Assembly (NCBI GenBank): GCA_965214055.1
Contig: OZ243931.1
Coordinates: 2,671,380-2,735,379, forward strand
Source of the DNA: Candidatus Poriferihabitaceae bacterium
Lineage (GTDB): Bacteria; Pseudomonadota; Gammaproteobacteria; Arenicellales; Poriferihabitantaceae
Direction of reading: 5' to 3'
Length of the DNA: 64,000 bases
Shown here: positions 38,079 through 48,424 of the stretch, one piece after another
How positions within the stretch are numbered: position 1 is the stretch's first letter
How the letters are laid out: every line of letters begins with the position of its first letter
Notes under the pieces: generated by a model
Told to the model about the DNA's origin: nothing
Seen by the model: only the letters and a program-made list of their open reading frames with translations
Database searches by the model: none
Made by a program: the position numbers and the translations under genes

Positions 38079-38282
38079 ATGTCCTGTATTCATGAAATGG
38101 ACCGCATCAAAGAGGATGACCGTGTGCAGGTGTCTGGACACTGCAGGTCCTGTTGGGCAGGGACCGGGGTCGTGGCAGGAACAGCAGTCGGTGTTCCAAT
38201 CGCGGGATGCAATGAGGCGGAGACGGCCTTTCGCTGCCTGCAGGGCCTCCTTCCCGCGGGAAATACTTCAATGAGTGGATGA
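38079..38282 (+). CDS. hypothetical 67-aa Cys-containing protein, possibly translationally coupled to rnc (speculative)
   Basis: ATG preceded by AAGGTAG. The stop overlaps the rnc ATG as ATGA. The protein contains HCRSC plus two further Cys. I recognise no family, and coding status is unproven. Confidence 0.25.
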   Translation: MSCIHEMDRIKEDDRVQVSGHCRSCWAGTGVVAGTAVGVPIAGCNEAETAFRCLQGLLPAGNTSMSG

Positions 38283-38956
38283 ATACTGACGGTTTGCTGC
38301 AAACGAGGCTGGGATATCGTTTCAACGACCAATCGTTGCTCCAGCAGGCACTTTCGCACAAAAGCTCCGGAAAACCGGACAACGAGCGGCTGGAATATCT
38401 GGGGGACAGCATCCTCGGTTTTGTGATGGCCGAGAATCTGTATCATCGTTTTCCGGAACTGTCGGAAGGGGATTTGACCAAAATGCGTTCTGCCCTGGTA
38501 TCCAACCCGGCCCTGGCCGATATTGCCCGGGAAATCGATCTTCAGGGCTGTCTGCGGATGGGCAAGGGCGAAATGAAAAACCAGGTATTCAATCAGGATT
38601 CCGTTTTGTCCGATGCCATGGAGGCACTGGTAGGTGCCCTCTACATTGATGGAGGGATAACAGCCGTTCAACAGGTGCTGCCCGCGCTTTATGATGAACG
38701 CCTCCAGACAATCTGTGCTGCCGGCCTGCAGGACAGCAAGACCGTGTTGCAGGAATGGTGGCAGAAAAACAATCCGTCGGTCCCGGAATACCAGGTTGTG
38801 CGAAAAACCGGGGACGCACACAGTTATACCTTTACGGTCCAATGCACACTGCCGGGGGTTGACCAGCAGTTCCAGGGCGTTGGAAAAACCCGCAAACAGG
38901 CGGAGCAGATTGCAGCCGCCCGGGCACTGGAATCGGTTTGCGATGACGATGGATGA
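38279..38956 (+). CDS. rnc: ribonuclease III
   Basis: 225 aa. NERLEYLGDSILG signature and a C-terminal dsRBD. Confidence 0.95.
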   Translation: MNTDGLLQTRLGYRFNDQSLLQQALSHKSSGKPDNERLEYLGDSILGFVMAENLYHRFPELSEGDLTKMRSALVSNPALADIAREIDLQGCLRMGKGEMKNQVFNQDSVLSDAMEALVGALYIDGGITAVQQVLPALYDERLQTICAAGLQDSKTVLQEWWQKNNPSVPEYQVVRKTGDAHSYTFTVQCTLPGVDQQFQGVGKTRKQAEQIAAARALESVCDDDG

Positions 38957-39851
38957 ACCACGGTTTGGGTATGTGGCATTGGCAGGGTCGCCAAACGTCG
39001 GCAAATCAACGCTGCTGAACAAGCTGGTGGGGGAAAAAATTTCCATTACGTCCAGACGTCCACAAACCACCCGGCATCGGATTCTCGGGGTGAAAACAGG
39101 GTCTGATTATCAAATTGTTTTTGTGGACACTCCCGGCATCCACCGGACCATGGGTCGACGCCTGAACCGGATCATTGTCAAGACAGCGATCTCCAGTCTG
39201 GCCGATGTCGATCTGGTTCTGTTGTTGATTGACCAGCGGACCTGGTCCGGGGAACAGGAATGGGTGCTGAAGCAGATTACGCAAAACCGGATTCCGGTTA
39301 TATTGCTGATCAATAAAATCGACCGGATCCGGGACAAGCGAACCCTATTGCCATTGATTGAGGAATCCAGGCAGCGCCACCCCTTTCTTGAAATCATCCC
39401 CATATCGTCCCGGTTTTCATCTGCAGAGGATGTCAAGAGAATTTCCGAGACGATTGCCGGACATCTCCCGGTCGGCCCCCCGGGGTTTCCTGCGGACCAG
39501 AGAACGGACAAGAATGAACAATTCCGTGCGACTGAATTGATCCGGGAGCAGCTCTTTTCCGTTCTGGGCCAGGAATTGCCTTATTCGACGGCCGTAGAAA
39601 TCCAGAAATATGAAGAGAACGACAAACAGATATTGTGCATTGATGCCACGGTCTGGGTGGAGAAAGAAAGTCAGAAATCCATCGTAATCGGGAAAAACGG
39701 GCAGATGCTGAAGATGATTGGTATGAATGCCCGGAAGCAGATCGAAATGACGATGGACCACAAGGTTTTTCTGGGTTTGTGGGTGAAGGTCAAGAAGGGG
39801 TGGTCAGACAACGCCAGGCAGTTGCACGCCCTGGGTTATACGGAATCCTGA
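38949..39851 (+). CDS. era: GTPase Era
   Basis: MDEPRFGYVALAGSPNVGKSTLLN, DTPG, and NKID motifs, plus a KH domain. It overlaps the rnc stop. ATG 38943 is an alternative start. Confidence 0.95.
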   Translation: MDEPRFGYVALAGSPNVGKSTLLNKLVGEKISITSRRPQTTRHRILGVKTGSDYQIVFVDTPGIHRTMGRRLNRIIVKTAISSLADVDLVLLLIDQRTWSGEQEWVLKQITQNRIPVILLINKIDRIRDKRTLLPLIEESRQRHPFLEIIPISSRFSSAEDVKRISETIAGHLPVGPPGFPADQRTDKNEQFRATELIREQLFSVLGQELPYSTAVEIQKYEENDKQILCIDATVWVEKESQKSIVIGKNGQMLKMIGMNARKQIEMTMDHKVFLGLWVKVKKGWSDNARQLHALGYTES

Positions 39852-39863
39852 GAATCATCCGGC

Positions 39864-40571
39864 ATGAAAGCTCACCGACAGCCCGGGGTGATTCTCCATC
39901 AACGGCCCTACCGGGAGAGCAGCCTGCTGGTGGACCTGTTCACCCGAAATTACGGAAGATTCATGGTCATTGCCAAAGGGTGCCGCCGGCACAAGTCCAG
40001 AACACAGGGGCTTTTCATGCCATTTCGCCCCTTGTTGCTGGGGTGGGCGGGGAAGGGGAAATTGCCCGTCCTGACTTCCATTGAGCAGCCCCGGTTTTGC
40101 CCACCCCTGGGTTCAGTGAGCCTGGCGTGCGGTTACTATATGAACGAACTGATTCTTAAATTGCTTTATCGCCATGACCCCCATGAAGTGCTGTATGACA
40201 AGTACCAGGAAGCAATTTCCGGCTTACTGGAAGACCGGAACCCAGATACCGTTTTGAGAGTATTTGAAAAACACTTCCTGCAGGAAATCGGATTTGGCTT
40301 GGTGCTGGGCCAGGATGTGGAGAGCGGAGAAGCCATCTGTGAGGATCGGCAATACCGGTACTATGCTGAAAAAGGTCCTGTGCGGACTATCGGCAATCAC
40401 CCGGGCGCCATTTCCGGGGAAACCCTGATTGCCCTGCGGCTCGAAACATTCCACAGCAGGGAGCAGTGCGCTCAGGCCAGGCAATTGATGCGGTTTCTCA
40501 TTGACCGCCAATTGTCAGGAAGACCGCTTCGTTCGAGGAGGGTCCTGCGGGAAATCAGGCGATATGCCTGA
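39864..40571 (+). CDS. recO: DNA repair protein RecO
   Basis: 235 aa. ..GVILHQRPYRESSLLVDLFTRNYGR.. OB-fold N-terminus. It occupies the canonical position after era. Confidence 0.9.
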   Translation: MKAHRQPGVILHQRPYRESSLLVDLFTRNYGRFMVIAKGCRRHKSRTQGLFMPFRPLLLGWAGKGKLPVLTSIEQPRFCPPLGSVSLACGYYMNELILKLLYRHDPHEVLYDKYQEAISGLLEDRNPDTVLRVFEKHFLQEIGFGLVLGQDVESGEAICEDRQYRYYAEKGPVRTIGNHPGAISGETLIALRLETFHSREQCAQARQLMRFLIDRQLSGRPLRSRRVLREIRRYA

Positions 40572-40778
40572 AAACCGGTCCAGTGCATTGGCTGTGCAGG
40601 TAGAACACAACAAAATGACCGGCGAGAGGGCCCTTTTCCGTTCGGGGGAAACCCACGAATCATAAACCGCCCTGAACTTTATTTCCGTATTTTAAAATCC
40701 AGCAGGCCAGCACAAACACCCCGGCAGTACGTGCCGAGGCAATCATTTTTCAGCCATCTTTCCGGGCAATCGAACGGG

Positions 40779-40812
40779 CACCTCCCGATTGCAGGACAGC
40801 AATCGGGAGGTG
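40779..40812. terminator. perfect 13-bp hairpin downstream of nhaC, between convergent recO and nhaC (candidate bidirectional terminator)
   Basis: CACCTCCCGATTG (40779-40791) and CAATCGGGAGGTG (40800-40812) flank an 8-nt loop. There is no strong T-run on either side. Confidence 0.4.
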
Positions 40813-40828
40813 TTGGGTTCAGAAAGGA

Positions 40829-42259
40829 TCAGGCCTTCTTCTCTTCCCCCGATTCAAAGTCCTGGATGGAATCCGGATCATCTTCGGATTTATGGATAGT
40901 AATATTGAAAATACCGTAGAGCAGGGTCACGATGGGGGAGAGCCAGCAGAAAAATGCAAAGGGCAGGTACAGGATAGTGGCCACGCCCAGGGTAGCGGTC
41001 TGGTAAGCACCTCCTGAATTCCAGGGCACCAGGTTTGCCGTAACCGTTGCAGAGTCTTCCACCGCCCGGGACAGATTCTTGGGGTGCAGGCCGCGGTCCC
41101 GAAACGCCTGGGAATACATGCGAGCCGTCATTACAATGGACATGTACTGGTCGCACAATACCATGTTTGAAACGAGTGCAGTGCCCACAACTGAGCCAAA
41201 CAGGGAGCCCTGGGACGTAGCCCATTTGAGAATACGGTCAACGATTACGCGCAGTTGGTCGGTTTTTTCCATGACCCCACCAAACATCATCGCCGCGATG
41301 ACAATGGAAATGGTATACATCATGGATGACATGCCACCTTTGGTCAGCAGGTCATCGACTGCAGCGATACCCGTTTCGCTGGTATAGCCCGCATAGGAAA
41401 CATCCAGCATGCCGGCAAGACTGGTTCCGTCCTGGAGGAACAGTCCCATAATAATCGCAGCCAGTGCACCCGCGGTAATTCCGGGAATTGCGGGGACTTT
41501 TCGATAGGCCACGACGATGACCAGCACTGCCGGGAGCAGCATGAGGGGGTTGATCCAGAACGTTTCATCCAGCGTTGCGATAATTTGCTGGACTTCAGCC
41601 AGGTTGCCTTCGCCTCCCGAATAACGCAACCCCAATACGATTTCAATAATCAGGGTGAGTCCGAATGCAACGCCGGTGGTATAGGTCATGTGCTTGATAT
41701 GGGTGTACAGGTCGGTGCCCACCATGGCGGGGGTCATATTCGTTGTATCCGACAGGGGAGACATTTTGTCCCCAAAATAAGCACCCGACAACACGGCCCC
41801 GGCGACGATGGGCAGCGGAAATCCCAACCCGGCCCCAATCCCCATCAGTGCCACGCCAATCGTGCCCGTGGTTCCCCATGAAGTCCCTGTGGCCACCGAT
41901 GTGACCGCGCAGATGATCAGGGCAGCGGGCAGGAAAATCGAGGGACTGAGCAGTTTCAATCCATAATACAGCAGCGTTGGGACCACCCCGGATGCAATCC
42001 ATACCCCGATTAATATCCCTATGATCACCAGAATGATGATGGCTGGAAGCGAATTGGTTATCCCCTGAACCATGCCGTCCTGGATGTTTTTCCACTTGTG
42101 TCCACATCGCCATGCCACCACAGATGCAACCAGCACACCAAATAGCATTGCGATATGGGGTTCAGTCCCGAATACGACGATCGAAAGCGAAATTCCGACC
42201 ACCAGGGAAAGCAGGGAAACAAGTGCTTCCCATAGATGGGGTTGTCTGGGTGTATCCAT
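40829..42259 (-). CDS. nhaC: Na+/H+ antiporter, NhaC family
   Basis: 476 aa, polytopic. ..AVTSVATGTSWGTTGTIGVALMGIG.. is typical of NhaC. Confidence 0.85.
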   Translation of the reverse strand: MDTPRQPHLWEALVSLLSLVVGISLSIVVFGTEPHIAMLFGVLVASVVAWRCGHKWKNIQDGMVQGITNSLPAIIILVIIGILIGVWIASGVVPTLLYYGLKLLSPSIFLPAALIICAVTSVATGTSWGTTGTIGVALMGIGAGLGFPLPIVAGAVLSGAYFGDKMSPLSDTTNMTPAMVGTDLYTHIKHMTYTTGVAFGLTLIIEIVLGLRYSGGEGNLAEVQQIIATLDETFWINPLMLLPAVLVIVVAYRKVPAIPGITAGALAAIIMGLFLQDGTSLAGMLDVSYAGYTSETGIAAVDDLLTKGGMSSMMYTISIVIAAMMFGGVMEKTDQLRVIVDRILKWATSQGSLFGSVVGTALVSNMVLCDQYMSIVMTARMYSQAFRDRGLHPKNLSRAVEDSATVTANLVPWNSGGAYQTATLGVATILYLPFAFFCWLSPIVTLLYGIFNITIHKSEDDPDSIQDFESGEEKKA

Positions 42260-42512
42260 TTTGTACCTCCGTAGGTTGTTTGGCCAGATATGGCCTTTAT
42301 TTTTATATGGAAAGCTTGAGAAAAGTGACTTCCTGAATCATTGATGTTGCACCGGATGAATTTCCTCAATCCAGGATACATCCTTCCGTAAAGCATTATA
42401 CCCTAATTTCACTGTCGGACAGCCGGGAAACACCATCGGACATCCTAAATCGAATCTCTCCAATCTACCTGGATTCCCTGGTATCACGAGTTGATCACCA
42501 TTTGACTAACAA

Positions 42513-44282
42513 TTATGCCTTGGGCAGATACAGGTCAGTGATCGTCCCTTCAAACGCTTCCGCGGCCAATCCAAGGGTTTCGGCGAGAGTAGGGTGCGCA
42601 TGGATGGTCAGGCCGATATCCTGGGCATCGGCGTTCATTTCAATGGCCAGCGCTGCTTCCGCAATCAGTTCTCCCGCATTGGACCCGACGATTCCTGCAC
42701 CGATGATCCGGTTTGTTTCCTTGTCGAACAGCAATTTGGTGATGCCTTCACTGCGGCCCTGCGACAGCGACCGCCCGCTTGCGGCCCAGGGGAACATGCC
42801 CTTGCCGTAATTCACGCCGTTTGATTTGGCCTCCGTTTCCGTCATGCCGGCCCAGGCCACTTCGGGATCGGTATAGGCCACAGACGGGATCACCCGGGCG
42901 TCAAATCCACTTTTCAGGCCGGCTGCAACCTCTGCCGCGACTTTTCCTTCGTGTACGGCTTTATGCGCCAACATGGGCGGCCCGACGATATCGCCAATGG
43001 CATAAATATGCGGAACATTGGTCTGTTGCTGACTGCTCACAGGGATAAATCCTTTCTCGCTGACCTCTACCCCGGCGGCCCGGGCATTGATTTTGTGGCC
43101 GTTGGGGGCACGTCCAACGGCCACCAACACTTTGTCAAAGACTTGGCTGTCCAGACTGCCTTTACCGGAAAAATCCACTTTGACGCCATTTTTCTGTGCC
43201 TTCATCGCGGTGACTTGCGTATTCAGCCAGATATTTTCGTATTGGCGTCGAATCCGTTTGAACAGGGGGCGGACCAGGTCCGGGTCTGCACCCACCATCA
43301 GGTCGTCCATCATTTCCACCACACTGATCTGGCTGCCGAGGGCCTCGTAAACCGTGGCCATTTCAAGCCCGATAATGCCTCCGCCGACAATGAGCAGGCG
43401 CTCCGGGATATCATCCAGTTCCAGGGCACCGGTAGAGTCGATGACGCGGGGATCATCGTGGGGGAAACCGGGAATTTCGATGGGTTCCGACCCGGCGGCA
43501 ATAATGGCGTGGTCAAAGGCGATGCGTTCGGTCCCGGTTTCCGTGGTGACTTCGAGCACATGTTCGGAAGCGAATTTACCCACCCCCTGTATCACGGTGA
43601 CCTTTCTTTTTTTGGCCAATCCGGACAATCCTGTGGTCAGTCGGGACACAATGCCATTTTTCCACTTGAGGGTTTGTTGGAGATCAATGGCGGGGGCGGC
43701 ATACTCCAGCCCGATTTCACCGGCCTCCCGGCTTTCTGAAATGACCCGGGCAAGGTGGAGCAATGCCTTGGAAGGGATACACCCCACATTCAGGCACACG
43801 CCACCCAGCCGGGGGTACCGTTCAATCAGGATCACATCCAGACCGAGATCGGCAGCCCGGAATGCGGCGGTATAGCCGCCGGGACCCGATCCCAGGACCA
43901 CGAGCTGGACTTTTCGATCAACCGCACCGCTCGAGCCGGTCAAAGCGGATTCGGTGCGTTCGTCGCCAGCCGCTGGTTTTTCCGGTGATTTGTCGGGCGG
44001 TGTCGGGGTCGGTCGGGATTGGTCGTCAGGAACCGACTGGTTGGCAACCTCCACAATGAGCAGAACCTGGCCGGTTGAGACTTCGTCGCCAATGGAAACC
44101 CGGATGTCGCGGACCGTACCTGCGGTGCTTGCGGGAATCTCCATGGTAGCCTTGTCGCTTTCGATGGCAACCAGGGGGTCATCCTGTTCGATGACATCGC
44201 CCACGCTGACGAAAATCTCGACCACCGGGACATTTTCAAAATCACCCAGGTCCGGGATTCTGATTTCTGTTTTCTTCGACAC
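42513..44282 (-). CDS. lpdA: dihydrolipoyl dehydrogenase (E3) with N-terminal lipoyl domain
   Basis: 589 aa. Lipoyl domain (..IESDKATMEIPA..), linker, FAD-binding VVLGSGPGGY, and redox-active GGVCLNVGCIPSK. Confidence 0.9.
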   Translation of the reverse strand: MSKKTEIRIPDLGDFENVPVVEIFVSVGDVIEQDDPLVAIESDKATMEIPASTAGTVRDIRVSIGDEVSTGQVLLIVEVANQSVPDDQSRPTPTPPDKSPEKPAAGDERTESALTGSSGAVDRKVQLVVLGSGPGGYTAAFRAADLGLDVILIERYPRLGGVCLNVGCIPSKALLHLARVISESREAGEIGLEYAAPAIDLQQTLKWKNGIVSRLTTGLSGLAKKRKVTVIQGVGKFASEHVLEVTTETGTERIAFDHAIIAAGSEPIEIPGFPHDDPRVIDSTGALELDDIPERLLIVGGGIIGLEMATVYEALGSQISVVEMMDDLMVGADPDLVRPLFKRIRRQYENIWLNTQVTAMKAQKNGVKVDFSGKGSLDSQVFDKVLVAVGRAPNGHKINARAAGVEVSEKGFIPVSSQQQTNVPHIYAIGDIVGPPMLAHKAVHEGKVAAEVAAGLKSGFDARVIPSVAYTDPEVAWAGMTETEAKSNGVNYGKGMFPWAASGRSLSQGRSEGITKLLFDKETNRIIGAGIVGSNAGELIAEAALAIEMNADAQDIGLTIHAHPTLAETLGLAAEAFEGTITDLYLPKA

Positions 44283-44296
44283 GGACAGACGTACGG

Positions 44297-45607
44297 TTAC
44301 AGGGACAATCTGCGCACATCTTCAAATGATCGGGCGAGATAAGCGCAGAAACGGGCCGCTTCTGCACCATCTACGACACGATGATCGTAAGATAGGCTCA
44401 ATGGCAGGATCAGCCTGGGTTCAAAGGATTCTCCGTTCCATACCGGCGTGATTTTCGATCGGGACACGCCCAGTATGGCCACCTCCGGCGCATTGACGAT
44501 AGGGGTAAACGAGGTGCCGCCAATCCCGCCCAGACTGGAAATGCTCAGGCATCCTCCTTTCAAATCCGCTGGCCTGAGCTTTCCGTTTCTCGCGCGCTCA
44601 CTGATCTCCGCAAGGTCCCGGGCCAGATCGAAGATGCTTTTTCGATCGACTTCCCGGATGACGGGGACTACCAGGCCGTGGGGGGTATCCACCGCCACCC
44701 CGATATTGAAATACTTTTTCAGGATCAACACCTCGTTGTCCGGGCTCAGTGAGGCATTCAGATTGGGAAATTTTTTCAGGGTGCCGACGAGGGCTTTCAT
44801 AATGAATGAAAGGAGGGTAATTCTTGCGCCAGCCAGTTCCGCCTCCTCCTTGAGTGATTTTCGGAACGCTTCGAGCTCGGTAATGTCGGCTTCATCGTGA
44901 TGGGTAACATGTGGAATGTTGAGCCAGGCGCGTTGGAGATGGGGTCCAGACAGTTTCTGGATGCGGGAAAGGGGGCGCGTCTCGATTTCTCCGAACTCGG
45001 TGAAATCAATCTGTGGAATGGGAGGGATTCCACTTCCTGCAGCATCCAGGGGTGTTTTGGCAAGTGCCTGCTTGATCCATGCCTTCACATCTTCTTTCAG
45101 TATCCTGCCCTTGGGCCCGCTGCCGTTGATTTTCGATATATCGGCTCCCAGTTCCCGGGCGAATCGACGGACTCCCGGGCTGGCATGGGGGAGCTTTCCT
45201 GTTCGTGACCGAACTTCTCCGGGCAGGGACGGGGGAGGTGAGTGGGCCGGGATTTCTCCGGGTGCCGGTGGTTCTTTCGCCTCAACGGTCCGGTTCGATG
45301 AAACCGGGTCGGGCTCGTTTCTGGATTTGTCTGGTTTGGCTTCCCGGGTTTTCGGGGGAGTATCGGGTGGGTCACCGCTGGCGAGAATCTCCATGATCAC
45401 GGAGCCTTCGGAGACCCGGTCCCCCACCGACACGGCAATATTGGCAACGGTCCCGGTTTCAGGAGCGGGGATTTCCATGGTCGCCTTGTCGCTTTCCAGG
45501 GTGACCAGGGGATCTTCTGCATTCACGGCCTCGCCGTCGCTGACCAGTATTTCGATGACCTCAACTTCCTCGAAGTCTCCAATATCCGGGATGATTACCG
45601 CCGCCAT
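44297..45607 (-). CDS. aceF: dihydrolipoyllysine-residue acetyltransferase (E2) of pyruvate dehydrogenase
   Basis: 436 aa. One lipoyl domain (LESDKATMEIPA), a Pro/Ala-rich linker, a peripheral-subunit-binding domain (ASPGVRRFARELG), and a catalytic domain with DHRVVDG. Confidence 0.9.
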   Translation of the reverse strand: MAAVIIPDIGDFEEVEVIEILVSDGEAVNAEDPLVTLESDKATMEIPAPETGTVANIAVSVGDRVSEGSVIMEILASGDPPDTPPKTREAKPDKSRNEPDPVSSNRTVEAKEPPAPGEIPAHSPPPSLPGEVRSRTGKLPHASPGVRRFARELGADISKINGSGPKGRILKEDVKAWIKQALAKTPLDAAGSGIPPIPQIDFTEFGEIETRPLSRIQKLSGPHLQRAWLNIPHVTHHDEADITELEAFRKSLKEEAELAGARITLLSFIMKALVGTLKKFPNLNASLSPDNEVLILKKYFNIGVAVDTPHGLVVPVIREVDRKSIFDLARDLAEISERARNGKLRPADLKGGCLSISSLGGIGGTSFTPIVNAPEVAILGVSRSKITPVWNGESFEPRLILPLSLSYDHRVVDGAEAARFCAYLARSFEDVRRLSL

Positions 45608-45613
45608 CGTGCC

Positions 45614-48286
45614 CTATACCCTGGTTGGATCGGGTTTCTCCGGGTCGATTCCATACTGGGCAATGGATTCGGCGACCTGCTGGTAGGTCAGGGCTTCCCG
45701 GTCGGCCAGCGCCCGCAGTGCACTAACCGTAACATGCTTGCTGTCCACTTCAAAAAAGTACCGCAATTGTTTTCGTGTATCGCTTCGGCCGAATCCGTCC
45801 GTACCCAGTACATAGTACGGATTCGGGACAAAATTCCGAATCTGCTCGGCATACAACTGGATATAGTCCGTTGCGGCGATGACCGGCCCCTCCGTATTTT
45901 CCAGGCACATCTCAACGTAGGATTGCCGGGGAGTTTCGGTGGGGTGCAGCCGGTTGTACCGTTCAGTACTCTGTCCATCCCGGGCGAGTTCGTTAAAGCT
46001 GGTCACACTCCATATGGTGGAGCTTACATCGTGGTCCCGGTCCAGCATTTGTGCAGCGGCTTCCACTTCACGCAGAATCGCACCGCTTCCCAGCAATTGT
46101 ACCTGGTGCCGGTTTTCCGCCTTCCCCACCGTGCGCAAACGGTACATGCCCTTGAGGATGCCTTCCTGGGCTTCCCCGGGCATTTCGGGATGTGCATAGT
46201 TTTCATTCTCGACCGTAATGTAATAGTAAATGCTTTCCTGTTCCTCATACATCCTGCGCATTCCATCGTGAATGATGACGGCCAGTTCATACCCGTATGC
46301 CGGGTCATAGGAAACACAGTTGGGAACGGTTCCGGCGAGTATCAGACTGTGGCCATCCTGGTGCTGCAGTCCTTCTCCCGCCAGCGTGGTCCGTCCGGCG
46401 GTCCCTCCCATGATAAATCCCTTGGCACGGCTGTCGCCTGCCGCCCAGCACAGGTCGCCAATCCGCTGAAATCCAAACATGGAGTACAGGATGTAAAAGG
46501 GAATCGTACAGATATCATGATTGCTGTATGCGGTTCCCGCCGCAATCCAGGAGGACATGGCACCGGCTTCGTTGATGCCTTCCTGCAGGACCTGCCCGGT
46601 TTTCTCTTCCCGATAGAACATCAGCTGATCCGAATCCACCGGTTCGTACAACTGGCCGTGTGGCGAATAAATCCCCAGTTGTCGGAACATTCCTTCCATC
46701 CCGAAGGTCCGGGATTCATCGGGAATGATCGGAACGATGTAGTTCTTGAGGGTTTTGTTCCGTACCAGGGCGGACAGTATCCGGACAAATACCATGGTCG
46801 TGGAGATTTCCCGATCCCCGGTCCCCGCAAGCTGGCTCGTGAAGATGTCCAGACCCGGCAATTCGAATGGGAAGGTACTGGAACTTCGGCGGGCAGGGAG
46901 GTATCCCCCCAGCGTGCTTCGCCGTTCCCGCAAATATTCACATTCCGGCGAATTCTCGGGGGGGCGGTAGAAGGGGGCTTTGGCGACTTCCTTGTCCGTC
47001 AAGGGAATGTTGAAACGGTTTCTAAAAGCGAGCAGGGCCTCTTCACCCATTTTCTTTTGCTGGTGGGTTGTGTTCTGGCCCTCGCCCGACTCACCCATTC
47101 CATACCCCTTGACGGTCTTCGCGAGGATAACGGTGGGTTGGCCGGTATGCCGACTTGCCACGTGATAGGCGGCATAAATCTTGTGGGGATCATGGCCGCC
47201 CCGGTTCAGCCGCCAGATATCCTGGTCGGTCATGTTGGCCACCATCGCCTTCAGTTCCGGGTACTTGCCAAAAAACCTGTCACGAACATAGGCGCCGTCA
47301 TTCGCCTTGAACGCCTGGTATTCCCCGTCGACCGCTTCTTCCATACGCTGTTTGAGCAATCCCTTGGTATCCCTCATCAATAACTTGTCCCAGTACCCGC
47401 CCCAGATCACTTTGATGACATTCCAGCCGGAACCGCGAAAGTCACTTTCCAGTTCCTGGATGATTTTGCCGTTGCCCCGGACCGGCCCATCCAGTCGCTG
47501 CAGGTTGCAGTTGACCACAAAAATCAGGTTGTCCAGGTTTTCCCTGCCGGCGATGGCCAGGGCGCCGGTGGATTCCGGTTCGTCCATTTCACCGTCCCCC
47601 AGAAAGGCCCATACTTTCCGGTCCTGGGCATCAATCAGACCCCGGTTGTGCAGGTACTTCATATAGCGTGCCTGGTAGATGGCCATGATCGGACCCAGCC
47701 CCATGGAAACCGTGGGAAACTGCCAGAAGTCGGGCATCAGCCAGGGGTGCGGGTATGACGACAACCCCTTGCCGCCCACTTCCTGGCGAAACCGGCGCAG
47801 GTCCTGTGCATCCAGGCGCCGTTCCAGATACGCTCTTGCATAAATACCGGGGGCCGAATGGCCCTGGATATAAATCAGGTCTCCCAGATGCTCGGGAGTC
47901 GCGGCCCGCCAGAAGTGATTGAAGCCGACATCGTACAGGGTGGCGGCGGAGGCAAAACTAGCAATGTGCCCGCCAAGCTCCGAAGATGTCCGGTTGGCGC
48001 GCACCACCATGGCCATGGCGTTCCACCGGATCAGGGCGCGGATTCGGTGTTCCAGTTCATGGTCACCGGGACTCGGCTGCTCCTGGTGGGTGGGGATGGT
48101 ATTCAGATACGCGGTATTCGCCTGAAAGGGGATATGTGCCCCGGACCTGCGCGCCTGGTCAATGAGCGACTCGATCAGGAAATGTGCCCTCTCATGTCCC
48201 TGTGTTTCGATGACCGCGCTCAACGCGTCAAGCCATTCATTGGTTTCCGTCGGATCGGAATCCGGCAGGATGGTTTGGTTTGTCAT
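45614..48286 (-). CDS. aceE: pyruvate dehydrogenase E1 component (homodimeric type)
   Basis: 890 aa. DPTETNEWLDALSAV N-terminus and a GDGEMDEPES ThDP motif. Confidence 0.95.
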   Translation of the reverse strand: MTNQTILPDSDPTETNEWLDALSAVIETQGHERAHFLIESLIDQARRSGAHIPFQANTAYLNTIPTHQEQPSPGDHELEHRIRALIRWNAMAMVVRANRTSSELGGHIASFASAATLYDVGFNHFWRAATPEHLGDLIYIQGHSAPGIYARAYLERRLDAQDLRRFRQEVGGKGLSSYPHPWLMPDFWQFPTVSMGLGPIMAIYQARYMKYLHNRGLIDAQDRKVWAFLGDGEMDEPESTGALAIAGRENLDNLIFVVNCNLQRLDGPVRGNGKIIQELESDFRGSGWNVIKVIWGGYWDKLLMRDTKGLLKQRMEEAVDGEYQAFKANDGAYVRDRFFGKYPELKAMVANMTDQDIWRLNRGGHDPHKIYAAYHVASRHTGQPTVILAKTVKGYGMGESGEGQNTTHQQKKMGEEALLAFRNRFNIPLTDKEVAKAPFYRPPENSPECEYLRERRSTLGGYLPARRSSSTFPFELPGLDIFTSQLAGTGDREISTTMVFVRILSALVRNKTLKNYIVPIIPDESRTFGMEGMFRQLGIYSPHGQLYEPVDSDQLMFYREEKTGQVLQEGINEAGAMSSWIAAGTAYSNHDICTIPFYILYSMFGFQRIGDLCWAAGDSRAKGFIMGGTAGRTTLAGEGLQHQDGHSLILAGTVPNCVSYDPAYGYELAVIIHDGMRRMYEEQESIYYYITVENENYAHPEMPGEAQEGILKGMYRLRTVGKAENRHQVQLLGSGAILREVEAAAQMLDRDHDVSSTIWSVTSFNELARDGQSTERYNRLHPTETPRQSYVEMCLENTEGPVIAATDYIQLYAEQIRNFVPNPYYVLGTDGFGRSDTRKQLRYFFEVDSKHVTVSALRALADREALTYQQVAESIAQYGIDPEKPDPTRV

Positions 48287-48424
48287 ATTCCCTGCAAAGT
48301 CGACATTGAGAAAAGGGTATCATGGACGCGATGGAATGAAGCCGCCTCTTGCTCCAACGATTGCCCGACTACATTCCAAAGGTTCGGCTGGGCAATGTGT
48401 GAATTCCGGCGCGGCGAAGGGCAA

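Noticed and set aside
38090-39070. 326-aa minus-strand ORF
   Set aside because: It is antisense to rnc and the era start and has no recognisable motifs. The plus-strand genes are certain.
45734-47383. 549-aa plus-strand ORF, the longest unannotated ORF in the track
   Set aside because: It lies entirely antisense to aceE, whose identity is unambiguous. It has Arg/Gly/Pro/His-rich composition with no motifs, typical of stop-poor antisense frames in GC-rich genes.
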